Positions 29,956-39,819 are shown, counted from the stretch's first letter. The stretch is DNA of 64,000 bases from an uncultured Verrucomicrobiae bacterium (GCA_963837955.1 CAWIPH010000001.1:32001-96000); one strand, 5' to 3'. Translations and numbers: made by a program. Notes: generated from the sequence alone by a model not told the origin.

Positions 29956-30629
29956 CGCTCAATCGAGTATACTTCCGGTTGTTCGATTAAAGTCATCAGC
30001 AACTCATGGTACGAGCGCCGCGGCAACAGGATCCGGAATACCCAGAGTTCGCGATCATCTTCCATTGGACTTCGTTCAATCACTTTTGGCGGGAGTTCGA
30101 ATTGTTCCAAGAGACTTTCCAATTTCACCGCCGTTTTGCCTTTGTTCCGATTCACAACCAGGCGAATCACCGATTCAGTCGCCCCGGCTAACTTGCTGCA
30201 CTCCCAGCGATTCACGATAGTTAGCACACCGCGTGCGAGCAAGGTTAGACCAACCCCGGCGCCGGCATGGCCTGCGCCTATGGCCATGCCTATCGCAGCG
30301 ACCAACCAGATAGTCGCCGCAGTCGTCACGCCGTGTACGCCGGTGCTCCCGCGGAGCAACACGCCGCCACCAAGAAAGCCGACGCCGGTGACAATTTGAG
30401 CGGCGACGCGGCCGGAGTCACCGGTAGAACTCGTAAATGCGTAACCGACCATGGTAAACGCGCTCGAGCCGAGCGCGATCAAGGCCATCGTCCGAATGCC
30501 AGCTGGCTTTTCTTTGCGCTGCCGTTCGATTCCAACCCAGGCCCCACAGAGCAACGCGAGAATGGTAAGCAGAACGGATCCCCATGGAAAAGGAAGTAAC
30601 GAATGCCAATTATCAGTGAGCCATTGCAT
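29952..30629 (-). CDS. MgtC/SapB family protein
   Basis: GIERQ..KPAGIRT, RVAAQIVTGVGFLGGG, GVTTAATIW; ATGA overlap with trhO. Confidence 0.92.
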   Translation of the reverse strand: MQWLTDNWHSLLPFPWGSVLLTILALLCGAWVGIERQRKEKPAGIRTMALIALGSSAFTMVGYAFTSSTGDSGRVAAQIVTGVGFLGGGVLLRGSTGVHGVTTAATIWLVAAIGMAIGAGHAGAGVGLTLLARGVLTIVNRWECSKLAGATESVIRLVVNRNKGKTAVKLESLLEQFELPPKVIERSPMEDDRELWVFRILLPRRSYHELLMTLIEQPEVYSIER

Positions 30630-30956
30630 GAGGAAGAGTTAGTGCTTGCGGGTTAGAGGTTACAAGTTGCAAATGGCAAGTGACAGCGCAGTAGGCATGT
30701 ACGCCGAGAGCATTCGTCCGGGGAGCGTAGTGAAAGTGGCCCAGTCCCGCGGCCGCGCAATGCGCGTCGACTCAAGGCCTAAAAGTATCCGAAGAGGATT
30801 GGTCCCGGAGGGACTCAATGAAAGTAGCCCAGCACGAAGTGCTGGGAAATGGTGCAAAAAGAGGGGTCCGTCCCGCCAGGGACGATGGAAATGTTTTGGC
30901 TCCTGGTCCTCTCGTATGCAGCTTCACCAGCGTGAGCGGCCGTCGATCGTCCCTTC

Positions 30957-32427
30957 GGGGCTTGTCGGACTTTTCAATTGGGTAGCAGATCTGGTAAAAA
31001 GGTGGATGCCAGAGCGATATGTAGTCATTGATCGGCAGACGCCGATGTTGTTGCCGGTCGATTTGCGAGATTGGGTGGCAAAGGATGATTTGGCGCGCTT
31101 GATAGCGGAGGCGGTCGATCAATGCGATCTACGGCTAGCTTGTACCAATGAGCGGGGTAGCGGTAGTGCGCAGTATCCGCCTGGAATGATGTTGGGCTTA
31201 CTGATTTACGCTTATGCGCGAGGAGTATTTTCTTCCCGGCGCATCGAACAACTCAGTTACGAAAGCCTTTCGGTGCGTTACTTGTGTGGCAACACCCATC
31301 CGGATCACGATACCATCGCGAAGTTTCGGCGAGAGAACGGAGCGTTATTTCGAGAGTGTTTCCGTAGCGTGTTATTGTTGGCGCGGGAATTAGGATTGGT
31401 TCGAGTGGGCAAGCTAGCAGTGGATGGAACGCGACTGGAAGCCAACGCCAATCGCCATCGCTTCAGCACGCGGGAGCAATTAGAGCAAGAAAGGGCTCGA
31501 GTCGAAGAGCTCATTAGCGAGCTGATCCAACGAGGGGAAGCGGCTGATCAAGCTGAAGAGGGCGAAGCAGAGACTGAAGGCTTGCCAGCGGAGTTAGCCG
31601 ATGGGCAAAAGCGCCGTAAGGCCATCAAAGAAGCTCTAGAGCGCATCAAGCAACGAGAAGCCCAGCAGCAAGCCGAAAAAGAGCAATTAGCCCAGAGCGG
31701 TCGTCAGAGCCAGGCCAAGGAGGTACGGATGAATTTGACCGATCCAGACTGTGGGATCTTACACCGTAAAGGGGCAGGTACAGTCATTGGCTATAACGCC
31801 CAAATTGGAGTCGATATCCAAGGTGCAGGCCTGATTGTGACTAATGCCGTCAGTGCCAAAGGGGGCGACGCGGAGTTATTGAACCAAGTCCTTGAGCAGC
31901 TCGCTCCCGAGTTAGGAGCAGTAAAGGAAGTGGTCGTCGATTGTGGCTATGAGAGCGGACCCAAAGCCTATGAGCTGGAAAAGAGCCTTGGCACCAAAGT
32001 CTATTATCCTCCCCGTCCGATCCAAGTCAGTGCTAGTGGACCAAAACATCGCAACAGCCATAGGCAACGCTTGGCGCGACACATGCGTTATTTAATCAAA
32101 AAACGCATCGAGTCCCCCCACGGACAGTGGTTGCAACGTCGGCGCCAAACGGTAGCTGAGGGTGCTTTTGGTTTTATCAAACGCGCGTTGGGCTTTCAGC
32201 GCTTCAGTCTACGCGGCTTGCAAAAAGTTCAGACCGAATGGCAACTAGTCTGCTTGGCCTTTAACCTGCGCAAACTGGCCTAAAGAAAACAAAAAGGCTC
32301 TGCACCTACCCGCAGCTCCCTTCGCGGAAAATTACGGCTTACCTCAAAGCTGATCGCAATCCTCCCCTTTACCGTCTCCCTTCCGCCAAAAAAAAGCGGA
32401 AAAAACATCACGAAGTCCGACGGCCCC
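30957..32427 (+). mobile_element. IS1182-family insertion sequence, copy 2
   Basis: Same sequence as 5449-6919 at an offset of 25508 nt; no differences seen by eye. Confidence 0.9.
31006..32283 (+). CDS. IS1182-family DDE transposase
   Basis: Protein identical to 5498-6775. Confidence 0.93.
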   Translation: MPERYVVIDRQTPMLLPVDLRDWVAKDDLARLIAEAVDQCDLRLACTNERGSGSAQYPPGMMLGLLIYAYARGVFSSRRIEQLSYESLSVRYLCGNTHPDHDTIAKFRRENGALFRECFRSVLLLARELGLVRVGKLAVDGTRLEANANRHRFSTREQLEQERARVEELISELIQRGEAADQAEEGEAETEGLPAELADGQKRRKAIKEALERIKQREAQQQAEKEQLAQSGRQSQAKEVRMNLTDPDCGILHRKGAGTVIGYNAQIGVDIQGAGLIVTNAVSAKGGDAELLNQVLEQLAPELGAVKEVVVDCGYESGPKAYELEKSLGTKVYYPPRPIQVSASGPKHRNSHRQRLARHMRYLIKKRIESPHGQWLQRRRQTVAEGAFGFIKRALGFQRFSLRGLQKVQTEWQLVCLAFNLRKLA

Positions 32428-32576
32428 CTCCGGGACGCGTCGTTTTTTTAAACGCCACCCCAGCACTTCGTACTGGGCTACTTTCATTGAGTCCCTCCGG
32501 GACGACTTCTCTCCGCGCATATCCTTCCTGTTATGTTGACGCGCCTGCGCAGCCGAGGAACTCCTTTATTGACGGC

Positions 32577-33131
32577 CTAGCTCCCATCCCGCAAGGCGGG
32601 GAAAATCTGCAAGATTTCATCTGCACTTGGTCTCCGCACGAGCTGAATGAGGACGGTCTGCTCATGCGCATTGACCCTTGCCACGAATCGATCGTTCGGT
32701 TTGCGTCCGAGCAAGATTGAACCAAGGGGAGAGTTGTACGGCAACGGTAAGGTTTCGCCGGAGTCCGGGACCTGGTTGTCCCGAGCACCCGCAATCAGAA
32801 ACCGCTCACGGTTTCCATTCAACTCCATCTCGACGATCGTACCGATTTCGATAGCTTCCGTTGGTTCGTCCGTGACCCAAGACCGGGGATCAACTAATCG
32901 ATGGCCTTGGTTTATCAGGGTGTTCATCTCTTTCGTGAGCCGTCGCTGGACGCGGCCCATTGTGCGGAATTTTTCTTTGGCAGCCTGATAAGGAGCGTTC
33001 TCGCTTAGATCTCCATCTTGTTTGGCAATCTTGGCCTCCCGGAGTGCCTCATTCTTCTGAGCCTGAGTGGTTTCGAAGCGCTCTCCTAATTCCCATGCGC
33101 TCACCGTGGAAAGAATGATCTTCTCGTCCAT
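32577..33131 (-). CDS. GreA/GreB family transcription elongation factor
   Basis: AKQDGDLSENAPYQAAKE with both acidic residues; SPLGSILLG; start placed at MDEKIIL. Confidence 0.85.
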   Translation of the reverse strand: MDEKIILSTVSAWELGERFETTQAQKNEALREAKIAKQDGDLSENAPYQAAKEKFRTMGRVQRRLTKEMNTLINQGHRLVDPRSWVTDEPTEAIEIGTIVEMELNGNRERFLIAGARDNQVPDSGETLPLPYNSPLGSILLGRKPNDRFVARVNAHEQTVLIQLVRRPSADEILQIFPALRDGS

Positions 33132-33236
33132 GTCACCAGAGATTAATAGCCGACAGCAAATAGCAAATACCAAATTGAGCGGATGCCAGAGAACAGGTTA
33201 CCAAGCCGCGGACCTGCAACTTGTAACCTGTAACCT

Positions 33237-34160
33237 CTAACCTACACCTCTCTCCGCCAGCCATTGCTTCATCAGTTTTCGCGAAATGGTTTCGAGGTGT
33301 GGAAACCGGGCAATGTGCCGGAGGAGAACTTCCTGGGTCTCACCGACATCGAACCAACGCACCTCCGCCAATTCCGACCCACAGACAATGTCGGTGGTCA
33401 CCGCGTCGGCGAAATAACCGAGCATCAACGATTGCGGGAATGGCCATGGCTGCGAGCCGAGGTAGCGCAAGTTTGCTATTTCGATTCCAGCTTCTTCTTT
33501 CACTTCGCGCAGCACCGCGGCTTCGGCGCTTTCCCCCGCTTCCACGAATCCAGCGAGAGTCGAAAAAACACCCTCCGGCCAGCTGGATTGCCGACCCAAA
33601 AGACAACGGCCTCCATGCTGGACTAGCATGATCGTCGCCGGGTCGCTCCGTGGAAAGTATTTGGCTGAACATTCGACATTGGTGCAGGCCATCACGTGGC
33701 CAGCTTCTTCGGGTAATGTTGGACTTCCGCAGCGAGAACAAAATTTCTGGACTTCATGCCAGTTTATCAGAGCTCTCACATAGAGGAGCAACTGCTGATC
33801 TTCGGGCGTCAGGATTCCGCGGGATTCACGAAGATGGATAAATCGTGCTTGACCGTTCTGGAGGCCAACCAGGGAGAGAGCCTCTCTATCCGTTTTGGGT
33901 TCGGTCAGGTTGGCAGCGAACACTGGCTGGTTGTCGGGCTGTAGGCCTAGGAAAATCGGCTTAATCGAGGAGGGAAGCGCCGAAAACGGGAGAACCCAAG
34001 GCCGCTTATCTCCCGAAAGAGAGAAAAGGTTTTGGCCGCGCCACATTACGTAAACCGGCACCGGACTGGCGCGCTGCTCTTCCAACCAAGTCACGTCACT
34101 GCGCAGATGGGCTTCTCGTTGCAGGCCGATACGCGTATAATGTTCTACGAAATTGATCAT
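33237..34160 (-). CDS. nudC: NAD(H) diphosphatase
   Basis: FCSRCG...CTNVEC zinc finger, FPRSDPA, Nudix box GFVEAGESAEAAVLREVKEEAG, SQPWPFPQSLM. Confidence 0.92.
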   Translation of the reverse strand: MINFVEHYTRIGLQREAHLRSDVTWLEEQRASPVPVYVMWRGQNLFSLSGDKRPWVLPFSALPSSIKPIFLGLQPDNQPVFAANLTEPKTDREALSLVGLQNGQARFIHLRESRGILTPEDQQLLLYVRALINWHEVQKFCSRCGSPTLPEEAGHVMACTNVECSAKYFPRSDPATIMLVQHGGRCLLGRQSSWPEGVFSTLAGFVEAGESAEAAVLREVKEEAGIEIANLRYLGSQPWPFPQSLMLGYFADAVTTDIVCGSELAEVRWFDVGETQEVLLRHIARFPHLETISRKLMKQWLAERGVG

Positions 34161-34282
34161 AAGGCATAGTCTCTGCTCTTTTTTCCTGATACGATTATGA
34201 ACGATCTTTGGAGAAATGGAGTCTCAAGAGGCAGTATGGGACCTCCAAATCTGAATCGGATTTGCTGAAAGGGAACACGTCA

Positions 34283-35116
34283 ATGTCCATTCTACCCAAA
34301 ATATCAGTGCCGAAAGAAACCGCGGATTTGAGTCCACGGGAAATTCTTTTCCAGGAAACCCGTGGCTTCAAGTCATCGTTGGAGCCGTTAAATGTCGGGC
34401 TTGCGGTTTCGCGCGCAAAAATACGGTTGAAGGGCGGCGAGCCGCGCAGGCCCCCTTACTTTACTTGTTGCTACGACATTGGGACTCTCCTCAATGTAAA
34501 CATCGTCGCCTTTCTCTACCCGCTGTTGGCCGATTGGGAACTGATGGAAAGGCGGACCGAAAAGTACCGGCTACGAATCCAGGCAGCGCTTCGAGAGGAA
34601 ATGGTTCACGCGGTTCAAGTAATCGCTGCACGTAGCCGATACGAAACCACACCGGATCTGCAACGGCGATTCCCGGACACAGAAGCCTATTACGAGTCTC
34701 TGCTTGGGAGGATTATTGACGAACTGGCGACTAGCCAGGAAGGCCAGGAAGCAGTGCTCACGGCCGCAAGGCTCTATTATGAGGACTGGACTATCACCAG
34801 CATGGAAGAGCTTCGCCAGGTCGATCGTAATTTGCATGGCAGAGACGGATACATGGTGAGCGAGTTGATCCGTCAATTGATCCAAATTAGATTTGGCGAA
34901 CCTTTAAGCGAGGAAGCAAAAGGGAAGGCTTGGGACAAAAATCGGGTGTTTTCGATCAGCGAATTTGGCACTACGGAAAATCTTCTCAATTCGATGGCCG
35001 GCACGTTGCGAACGGCCGTGCCAAAGTTGGTCAGCTTAAGCCCGACCCTAGCAGAAGCACTCGAAGAGATTGAAGCGATGATTCGTCGAATACATCAAAC
35101 GGATGCGGTCCGATGA
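34283..35116 (+). CDS. Hypothetical protein, possible EExxH zincin-like
   Basis: Long ORF containing LREEMVHAVQ; no family recognised with confidence. Confidence 0.6.
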   Translation: MSILPKISVPKETADLSPREILFQETRGFKSSLEPLNVGLAVSRAKIRLKGGEPRRPPYFTCCYDIGTLLNVNIVAFLYPLLADWELMERRTEKYRLRIQAALREEMVHAVQVIAARSRYETTPDLQRRFPDTEAYYESLLGRIIDELATSQEGQEAVLTAARLYYEDWTITSMEELRQVDRNLHGRDGYMVSELIRQLIQIRFGEPLSEEAKGKAWDKNRVFSISEFGTTENLLNSMAGTLRTAVPKLVSLSPTLAEALEEIEAMIRRIHQTDAVR

Positions 35117-35212
35117 GCTGGACAGTGTTCCAAACGTTCCACGGCCCAGGTGCTGGAACCGTGGCCGTCAAGCTCGTCGGCTGTACGCAGAAGGCACGAC
35201 GGCTTTATTTGA

Positions 35213-36424
35213 ATGACGCACAAAACTGAGTGCTCTAAAGATTCGTCACTCAACCGCATTGAAACGACGCTGCTTCGGTTGAAAGCAGAATTTTCGCATG
35301 TCCGGCGCCACCTGCACCGCAATCCTGAATTAAGTGGCGAAGAGATTGCAACGACTCAATACCTGAGCGAGCGCCTGACACAGGAAGGGATTCCTCATCG
35401 CGTAGCTGAAGGTGGGAAAGGGATCATCACGGAATCTTTTCCCGGTGGAGAGCATGGAGCGCCGACCATTGCCCTAAGAGCAGATATCGACGCATTGCCG
35501 ATTCAGGAAGAGAGCAACACTGACTATTGCTCCTCTAAACCGGGGGTAATGCATGCTTGCGGGCACGATGCCCATACTGCGATCCTCCTTGGAACCACGA
35601 TCGCCTTATATCAAGCCGGGCCCCTGCCCACCGCTTGGAAAAGTATCTTTCAACCATCAGAAGAGTTGGGGCACGGCGCTCTCGAGTTGGTAAAACAAGG
35701 AGCGATAAACGATGTAAGCGCCATTTTAGCGCTCCATGTTGATCCAAATCGCGAGGTCGGGCACTTGGGAGTCACGCCAGGACCGCGCACCGCTTTTTGC
35801 CAGGATTTCACGATTCAAGTAGTCGGTCGCGGCGGCCACGGCGCGAGACCGAGCGCTGCAATCGATCCGATCGCGATAGCCGCACAATTGATTACCTTGA
35901 TCTACCAAGCGGTTCCGAGACAGATCGACTCCCGAGACCCGGTGGTCGTGACGATCGGCATGATCCAGGGAGGCCAGACCAATAACGTGATTCCCGATTC
36001 GGTAACGCTAAAAGGAACTATTCGCGCGCTCAAAGAGGCAATTTCAGAGCAAGCTCGCCTAGCATTAGAAAGGCTCTGTCGCGGAACCGAGCAAGCTTTT
36101 GGCGCTTCCATTTCGCTCGATTTCAGCGCTCTCCTCCGAGGTTTGACAAACGATCCTAATGTGAGCGAGATCTGCTTGAAAGCCGCTCACGAGTTGGTCG
36201 GAACCCACCGGGTGGCGACGGATGATCGACCAAGTCTGGGCGGAGAAGATTTCGCCGATTACTTGACTCGGGTACCCGGTTGTATGGTCAGCCTCGGAGT
36301 CAAGCGGCCGGGAAAAGAAGTTACGCCCTTGCACACGTCGAGATTCGATATTGATGAGCGAGCATTATTAATCGGAGCTAGGCTTTTGGCCCGGATCCTT
36401 CTCCGCTGGCCGGTTGCTACCTGA
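35213..36424 (+). CDS. M20D amidohydrolase
   Basis: RRHLHRNPELS, LRADIDALP, MHACGHDAH, FQPSEE, GGHGA, GGEDF. Confidence 0.93.
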   Translation: MTHKTECSKDSSLNRIETTLLRLKAEFSHVRRHLHRNPELSGEEIATTQYLSERLTQEGIPHRVAEGGKGIITESFPGGEHGAPTIALRADIDALPIQEESNTDYCSSKPGVMHACGHDAHTAILLGTTIALYQAGPLPTAWKSIFQPSEELGHGALELVKQGAINDVSAILALHVDPNREVGHLGVTPGPRTAFCQDFTIQVVGRGGHGARPSAAIDPIAIAAQLITLIYQAVPRQIDSRDPVVVTIGMIQGGQTNNVIPDSVTLKGTIRALKEAISEQARLALERLCRGTEQAFGASISLDFSALLRGLTNDPNVSEICLKAAHELVGTHRVATDDRPSLGGEDFADYLTRVPGCMVSLGVKRPGKEVTPLHTSRFDIDERALLIGARLLARILLRWPVAT

Positions 36425-36448
36425 TTTTGAGCTCGAACCAGCGAACCT

Positions 36449-37261
36449 ATGTTGATCAAAATTGGATACGATATCGCTCTGCAGCTGTTGGTTCCGACAT
36501 CGGTTATTTTTGTCCTGCGAGTGCATCCTTCCCGCAAGACCGATCTGGTCGAGGGCGAAAATTTTCGGGTCGAACCCAATCTGCCCTTGGAGGATTATTT
36601 CGACACCTTCCAAAACCATTGCGGTCGAGTAAACGCTCCGAGCGGTATCGTGCGCTTCCGAAACGATGGGACAATCTCTGACAGTGGCGAGCCGGACCGC
36701 TACGCACCGGATGTCGAGCAGCTGGAAGTCAGCGATTTGCCGATATCGACCCTTGCGTTCCTATTACCCAGTCGTTACTGCGAAGTCGACAGCGAACTCC
36801 TCAATTTTGCCTGGAATACGTTCGGGAAGACCCCGACCGGTTGGGCTCGGGTTCGGGCGATTTGCGATTTTGTGCACAACCATCTGCGCTTTGACTATAT
36901 GCAAGCTCGAGCGAATCGCACTGCGCTCGAGGCTTTTCGGGAGCGGGTCGGCGTTTGTCGCGATTTTACTCATCTTGCCATCACGCTATGTCGTTGTCTG
37001 AACATCCCGGCTCGCTACGCCACCGGTTACCTCGGCGACATCGGCGTCCCTCCAGATCCAAATCCCATGGATTTCAGTGCTTGGTTCGAGGTTTTCCTCG
37101 GTGGACAATGGTACACTTTCGACGCTCGCCATAATCGCAGCAGGATCGGCCGAATCGTCATCGGTCGCGGCCGAGATGCCGGCGATGTGCCGATTACGAT
37201 GGTTTTCGGTCAACACACTCTCGCGCACTTCGAGGTGATTACGAGAGAACTGGAAGCGTGA
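36449..37261 (+). CDS. Transglutaminase-like family protein
   Basis: PSRYCEVD, GVCRDFTHL, PARYATGYL, DFSAWFEV, FDARHN, GRDAGDV. Confidence 0.9.
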   Translation: MLIKIGYDIALQLLVPTSVIFVLRVHPSRKTDLVEGENFRVEPNLPLEDYFDTFQNHCGRVNAPSGIVRFRNDGTISDSGEPDRYAPDVEQLEVSDLPISTLAFLLPSRYCEVDSELLNFAWNTFGKTPTGWARVRAICDFVHNHLRFDYMQARANRTALEAFRERVGVCRDFTHLAITLCRCLNIPARYATGYLGDIGVPPDPNPMDFSAWFEVFLGGQWYTFDARHNRSRIGRIVIGRGRDAGDVPITMVFGQHTLAHFEVITRELEA

Positions 37262-37512
37262 TGAGATTCCTTCGCTTTTGGGCGGTTCATCTTCCTGATC
37301 CTCAGTTCGATCCGAAAGAGGAGCTTCGGGTTAGCGCCAAACCGTGTCCCATTGCGATTTCGATCCGGACAAAAAATCCTTTGTGTTTGTCCGTCGCCAA
37401 AAGCGGGTCGAAGTGTTTCGAGAGCGGCTGCTAACGGTCTTCACGGAGTAAGCATCATCCCTTTTTGCGTTCCCTTTAAGGATCTATCGGGAAAGCTGCG
37501 AAAGAGGCCCTG

Positions 37513-38061
37513 TTAGCTGGCAGAAGTCGTTATACCTTGGATCAGAAACCATGCCCCAATCGCGGCACCACCCAATGCAACGAACCAGAACGGTTTTCGT
37601 CTCGTAAGCACCGAAATAGCGCCGATGGCGATGGCTATCTGGAAAAGCGTGACTGCGCGAGAAAGAGTATTGTGGCTTTTGACGTGCGATTCCGATCTCT
37701 CCTGAGCTTTCTCCGCTTCCTTCCTAATCTCCTCTTGCTCTGCCGCGTACTGTTGAACCTTCTTCTCGTCTCCCGGATCGACCTCTTTGCCGAGGGCGCG
37801 CTGGATATCCATTTTCGCTGCGAGAATATTCGCCTTAATTCCCTTCGCCTGGTAGTAAGCCCACTGATCGGTAGCCTTCATTTGCTCGATCAACGCTTCA
37901 TCGGAGTGGTGCCCAGCCAAAAGAGCCGAGACAGCGGCAAGCGCGGCGATCAAGGCCGCACTAAGCGCAACGCCCAGGGTCCAACGTTCACCCGAGTGTT
38001 CCGCATGGTGGTGGATTTCTTCATGAGCAGACTCTAAAGGAACTTCTGGTTCTTCGGGCAT
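37513..38061 (-). CDS. DUF4337 family membrane protein
   Basis: TDQWAYYQAKGIK and LFQIAIAIGAISVL. Confidence 0.8.
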   Translation of the reverse strand: MPEEPEVPLESAHEEIHHHAEHSGERWTLGVALSAALIAALAAVSALLAGHHSDEALIEQMKATDQWAYYQAKGIKANILAAKMDIQRALGKEVDPGDEKKVQQYAAEQEEIRKEAEKAQERSESHVKSHNTLSRAVTLFQIAIAIGAISVLTRRKPFWFVALGGAAIGAWFLIQGITTSAS

Positions 38062-38296
38062 AGGAATCAAAGGTTGCGATACGGTCCTCTTGTATGTGAA
38101 ACCTTATTAATAATCCAGCCATCGATTGCGGCTTTCGCTCTCGTAAACCACGAAAAACACGAATGGGACCCCTTTAATTGGCGTCCATTCGCTCTTCCTC
38201 CTCTGGTGTTCCCTTCGCCCGAGGAGGTCAGACACCTCGGTTGCGGGTCTGCGTGTTTTGACTCGCAACCTGACCTTGCTGATTCAACATTAGTTG

Positions 38297-38686
38297 ATGG
38301 GGGCCCGTTCAAAAAAGCGCATCGAGACCAATGCCTCTTCCAGTCCACTGGTCGAACTGGAAGATGCGTTTCCTGAAATGAACCTTTCGAAAGAGGCGGA
38401 TCAGCCTCCCCGCGCAAACGAAACATCAGCGCCAATCTGGAAATTAGGCCGCGTCGTGTTACGTCGAGAGACGGCTCATCGCGGCGGAAAAACTGTTATA
38501 GTCGTCGACCAATTTGCTACCCATTTGCCCCTCTCGGTGATCGAAACCGTGGCAAAGAAAATTCGGGTAGCCTGCGGTTGCGGCGGATCCGTGAAAGGCA
38601 GAACGATTGAGCTTCAGGGCGATCAGGCGGTCCGGGTGCGAGCAGCGTTGGAAAAAGAGGGGTTCAAAGTAGACGGCGTCAGGTAG
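38297..38686 (+). CDS. SUI1/YciH translation initiation factor family
   Basis: RRETAHRGGKTV, CGCGGSVKGRTIELQGD. Confidence 0.85.
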   Translation: MGARSKKRIETNASSSPLVELEDAFPEMNLSKEADQPPRANETSAPIWKLGRVVLRRETAHRGGKTVIVVDQFATHLPLSVIETVAKKIRVACGCGGSVKGRTIELQGDQAVRVRAALEKEGFKVDGVR

Positions 38687-38754
38687 CGCGGTTTCGCCGG
38701 AAATGAGGATGGATACGACCGCCGCAGTGGTTCGGCGCGAACCACTTGCGACTT

Positions 38755-38907
38755 ATGGGCACCATTCTCTTAATTATCGTTGTGCTTCTAATAATCGGCG
38801 CACTTCCGAGTTGGCCTTACAGCAGCGGCTGGGGATATTATCCATCTGGCGGGCTGGGTTTGGTGTTGTTGATCATCATAATCCTGCTCGTTCTCAAATA
38901 TATTTAA
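38755..38907 (+). CDS. DUF3309 family small membrane protein (50 aa, absent from the ORF track)
   Basis: MGTILLIIVVLLIIGALPSWPYSSGWGYYPSGGLGLVLLIIIILLVLKYI. Confidence 0.88.
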   Translation: MGTILLIIVVLLIIGALPSWPYSSGWGYYPSGGLGLVLLIIIILLVLKYI

Positions 38908-38946
38908 CCTCGCAGCTTAGGTAGACCGCCGGATCTCCCCAGAACT

Positions 38947-38974
38947 GGGACGACTAAATTAGTCGTCCCTTTTT
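38947..38974 (+). terminator. Rho-independent terminator
   Basis: GGGACGACTAA-A-TTAGTCGTCCC followed by TTTTT. Confidence 0.85.
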
Positions 38975-39057
38975 ATTTTCCGGGCCCATTAGCATTTTCG
39001 ACTTGCGCTCAAGGCGTCTTTTCTGTTCACTCCTTAGTCCCGAAAGGAGGCATAACC

Positions 39058-39138
39058 ATGAAAACAGACTCTATCCGAACCGCCATTCAGCGCCGGACTC
39101 ACATGGCTAATGCTCCTCTTCGCTTCGGCCGCCGCTAA
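39058..39138 (+). CDS. Putative 26-aa leader peptide MKTDSIRTAIQRRTHMANAPLRFGRR
   Basis: Strong SD GAAAGGAGG ending 7 nt before the ATG; structured spacer and a co-oriented gene follow. Confidence 0.55.
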   Translation: MKTDSIRTAIQRRTHMANAPLRFGRR

Positions 39139-39298
39139 TTGCGGGGCCTTCACCCGACCAGGGGCTCAGCAGTAGTCGAGCCGTCGGTCCGCGGTAACAC
39201 CCGGCCGAATTTCGCGTCTCCTACTCCCATTTGGTCCATCGTCAGACCCGATGATGGCAGCTCCCCTCAAGACATTTAATCCAAAAGAGATTTACAAA

Positions 39299-39586
39299 AT
39301 GATTACTACCGAAACATCACAGAACGTTCAGAGACCCAAGGGGATTTCTTCTGAAAATCAGGAGACTTCTTCCCGGAAGATCATTGATTTTTTTGCTGCA
39401 AGGGAGGCACTGCGATCAGAGGCCAAGTCCGTCGATAAACAGGCGGAACTACAACAGCAGCTTCGCTCGAAAGCGGGTCCGATGAGGCACGTCCATCTTC
39501 CCGATCCATTGGAAGATGCCATGCTTCTACTCTTGCTGGTGGCCGCAGTAGTGTTGGGGTTGCTGGTAATTTCCGGCTTTGGGTGA
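39299..39586 (+). CDS. Small protein with C-terminal TM helix
   Basis: Hydrophilic N-terminus then MLLLLLVAAVVLGLLVISGFG; alternative start at 39251. Confidence 0.6.
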   Translation: MITTETSQNVQRPKGISSENQETSSRKIIDFFAAREALRSEAKSVDKQAELQQQLRSKAGPMRHVHLPDPLEDAMLLLLLVAAVVLGLLVISGFG

Positions 39587-39819
39587 AGGTAATGCAGCTC
39601 GAAGGGGGTCGGGTCATTTCCAAGTTGGAATGGCTCGGCTCCCGTCTTCGCAAGGTCTGCGGCTCTATCGAAGATTGGGCGCCGCAAAGCCGAAGGGACG
39701 ACGGCCCATCGGGCAACGACAACACCTTGGGTACAAGCCACAAACGGCTCAAGCCGATCCCGCTGAGACGGTATCAAGCTTTCGCCCTACCGATCAGGGG
39801 CCCGGGAAGCCGGCTCGCC

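Larger units (their letters stand above)
30802..32503. repeat. REP-like inverted-repeat host element interrupted by IS copy 2
   Basis: 45-bp arm GTCCCGGAGGGACTCAATGAAAGTAGCCCAGCACGAAGTGCTGGG matches the reverse complement of 32459-32503 with 1 mismatch. Confidence 0.85.

Noticed and set aside
30646..31005. 120-aa N-terminal extension of transposase copy 2 in the ORF track
   Set aside because: It is read-through of the REP host sequence outside the IS boundary; copy 1 lacks it.
5449..32427. Composite transposon bounded by the two direct IS copies
   Set aside because: The outer flanks (CTGA / CTCC) are not a duplication, each IS sits in its own self-matching host repeat, and the cargo includes housekeeping genes such as trhO. 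Independent insertions fit better.
39112..39138. Peptide ending PLRFGRR resembles an animal RFamide neuropeptide precursor
   Set aside because: Seven-residue resemblance with no signal peptide or processing genes nearby; most likely coincidence.
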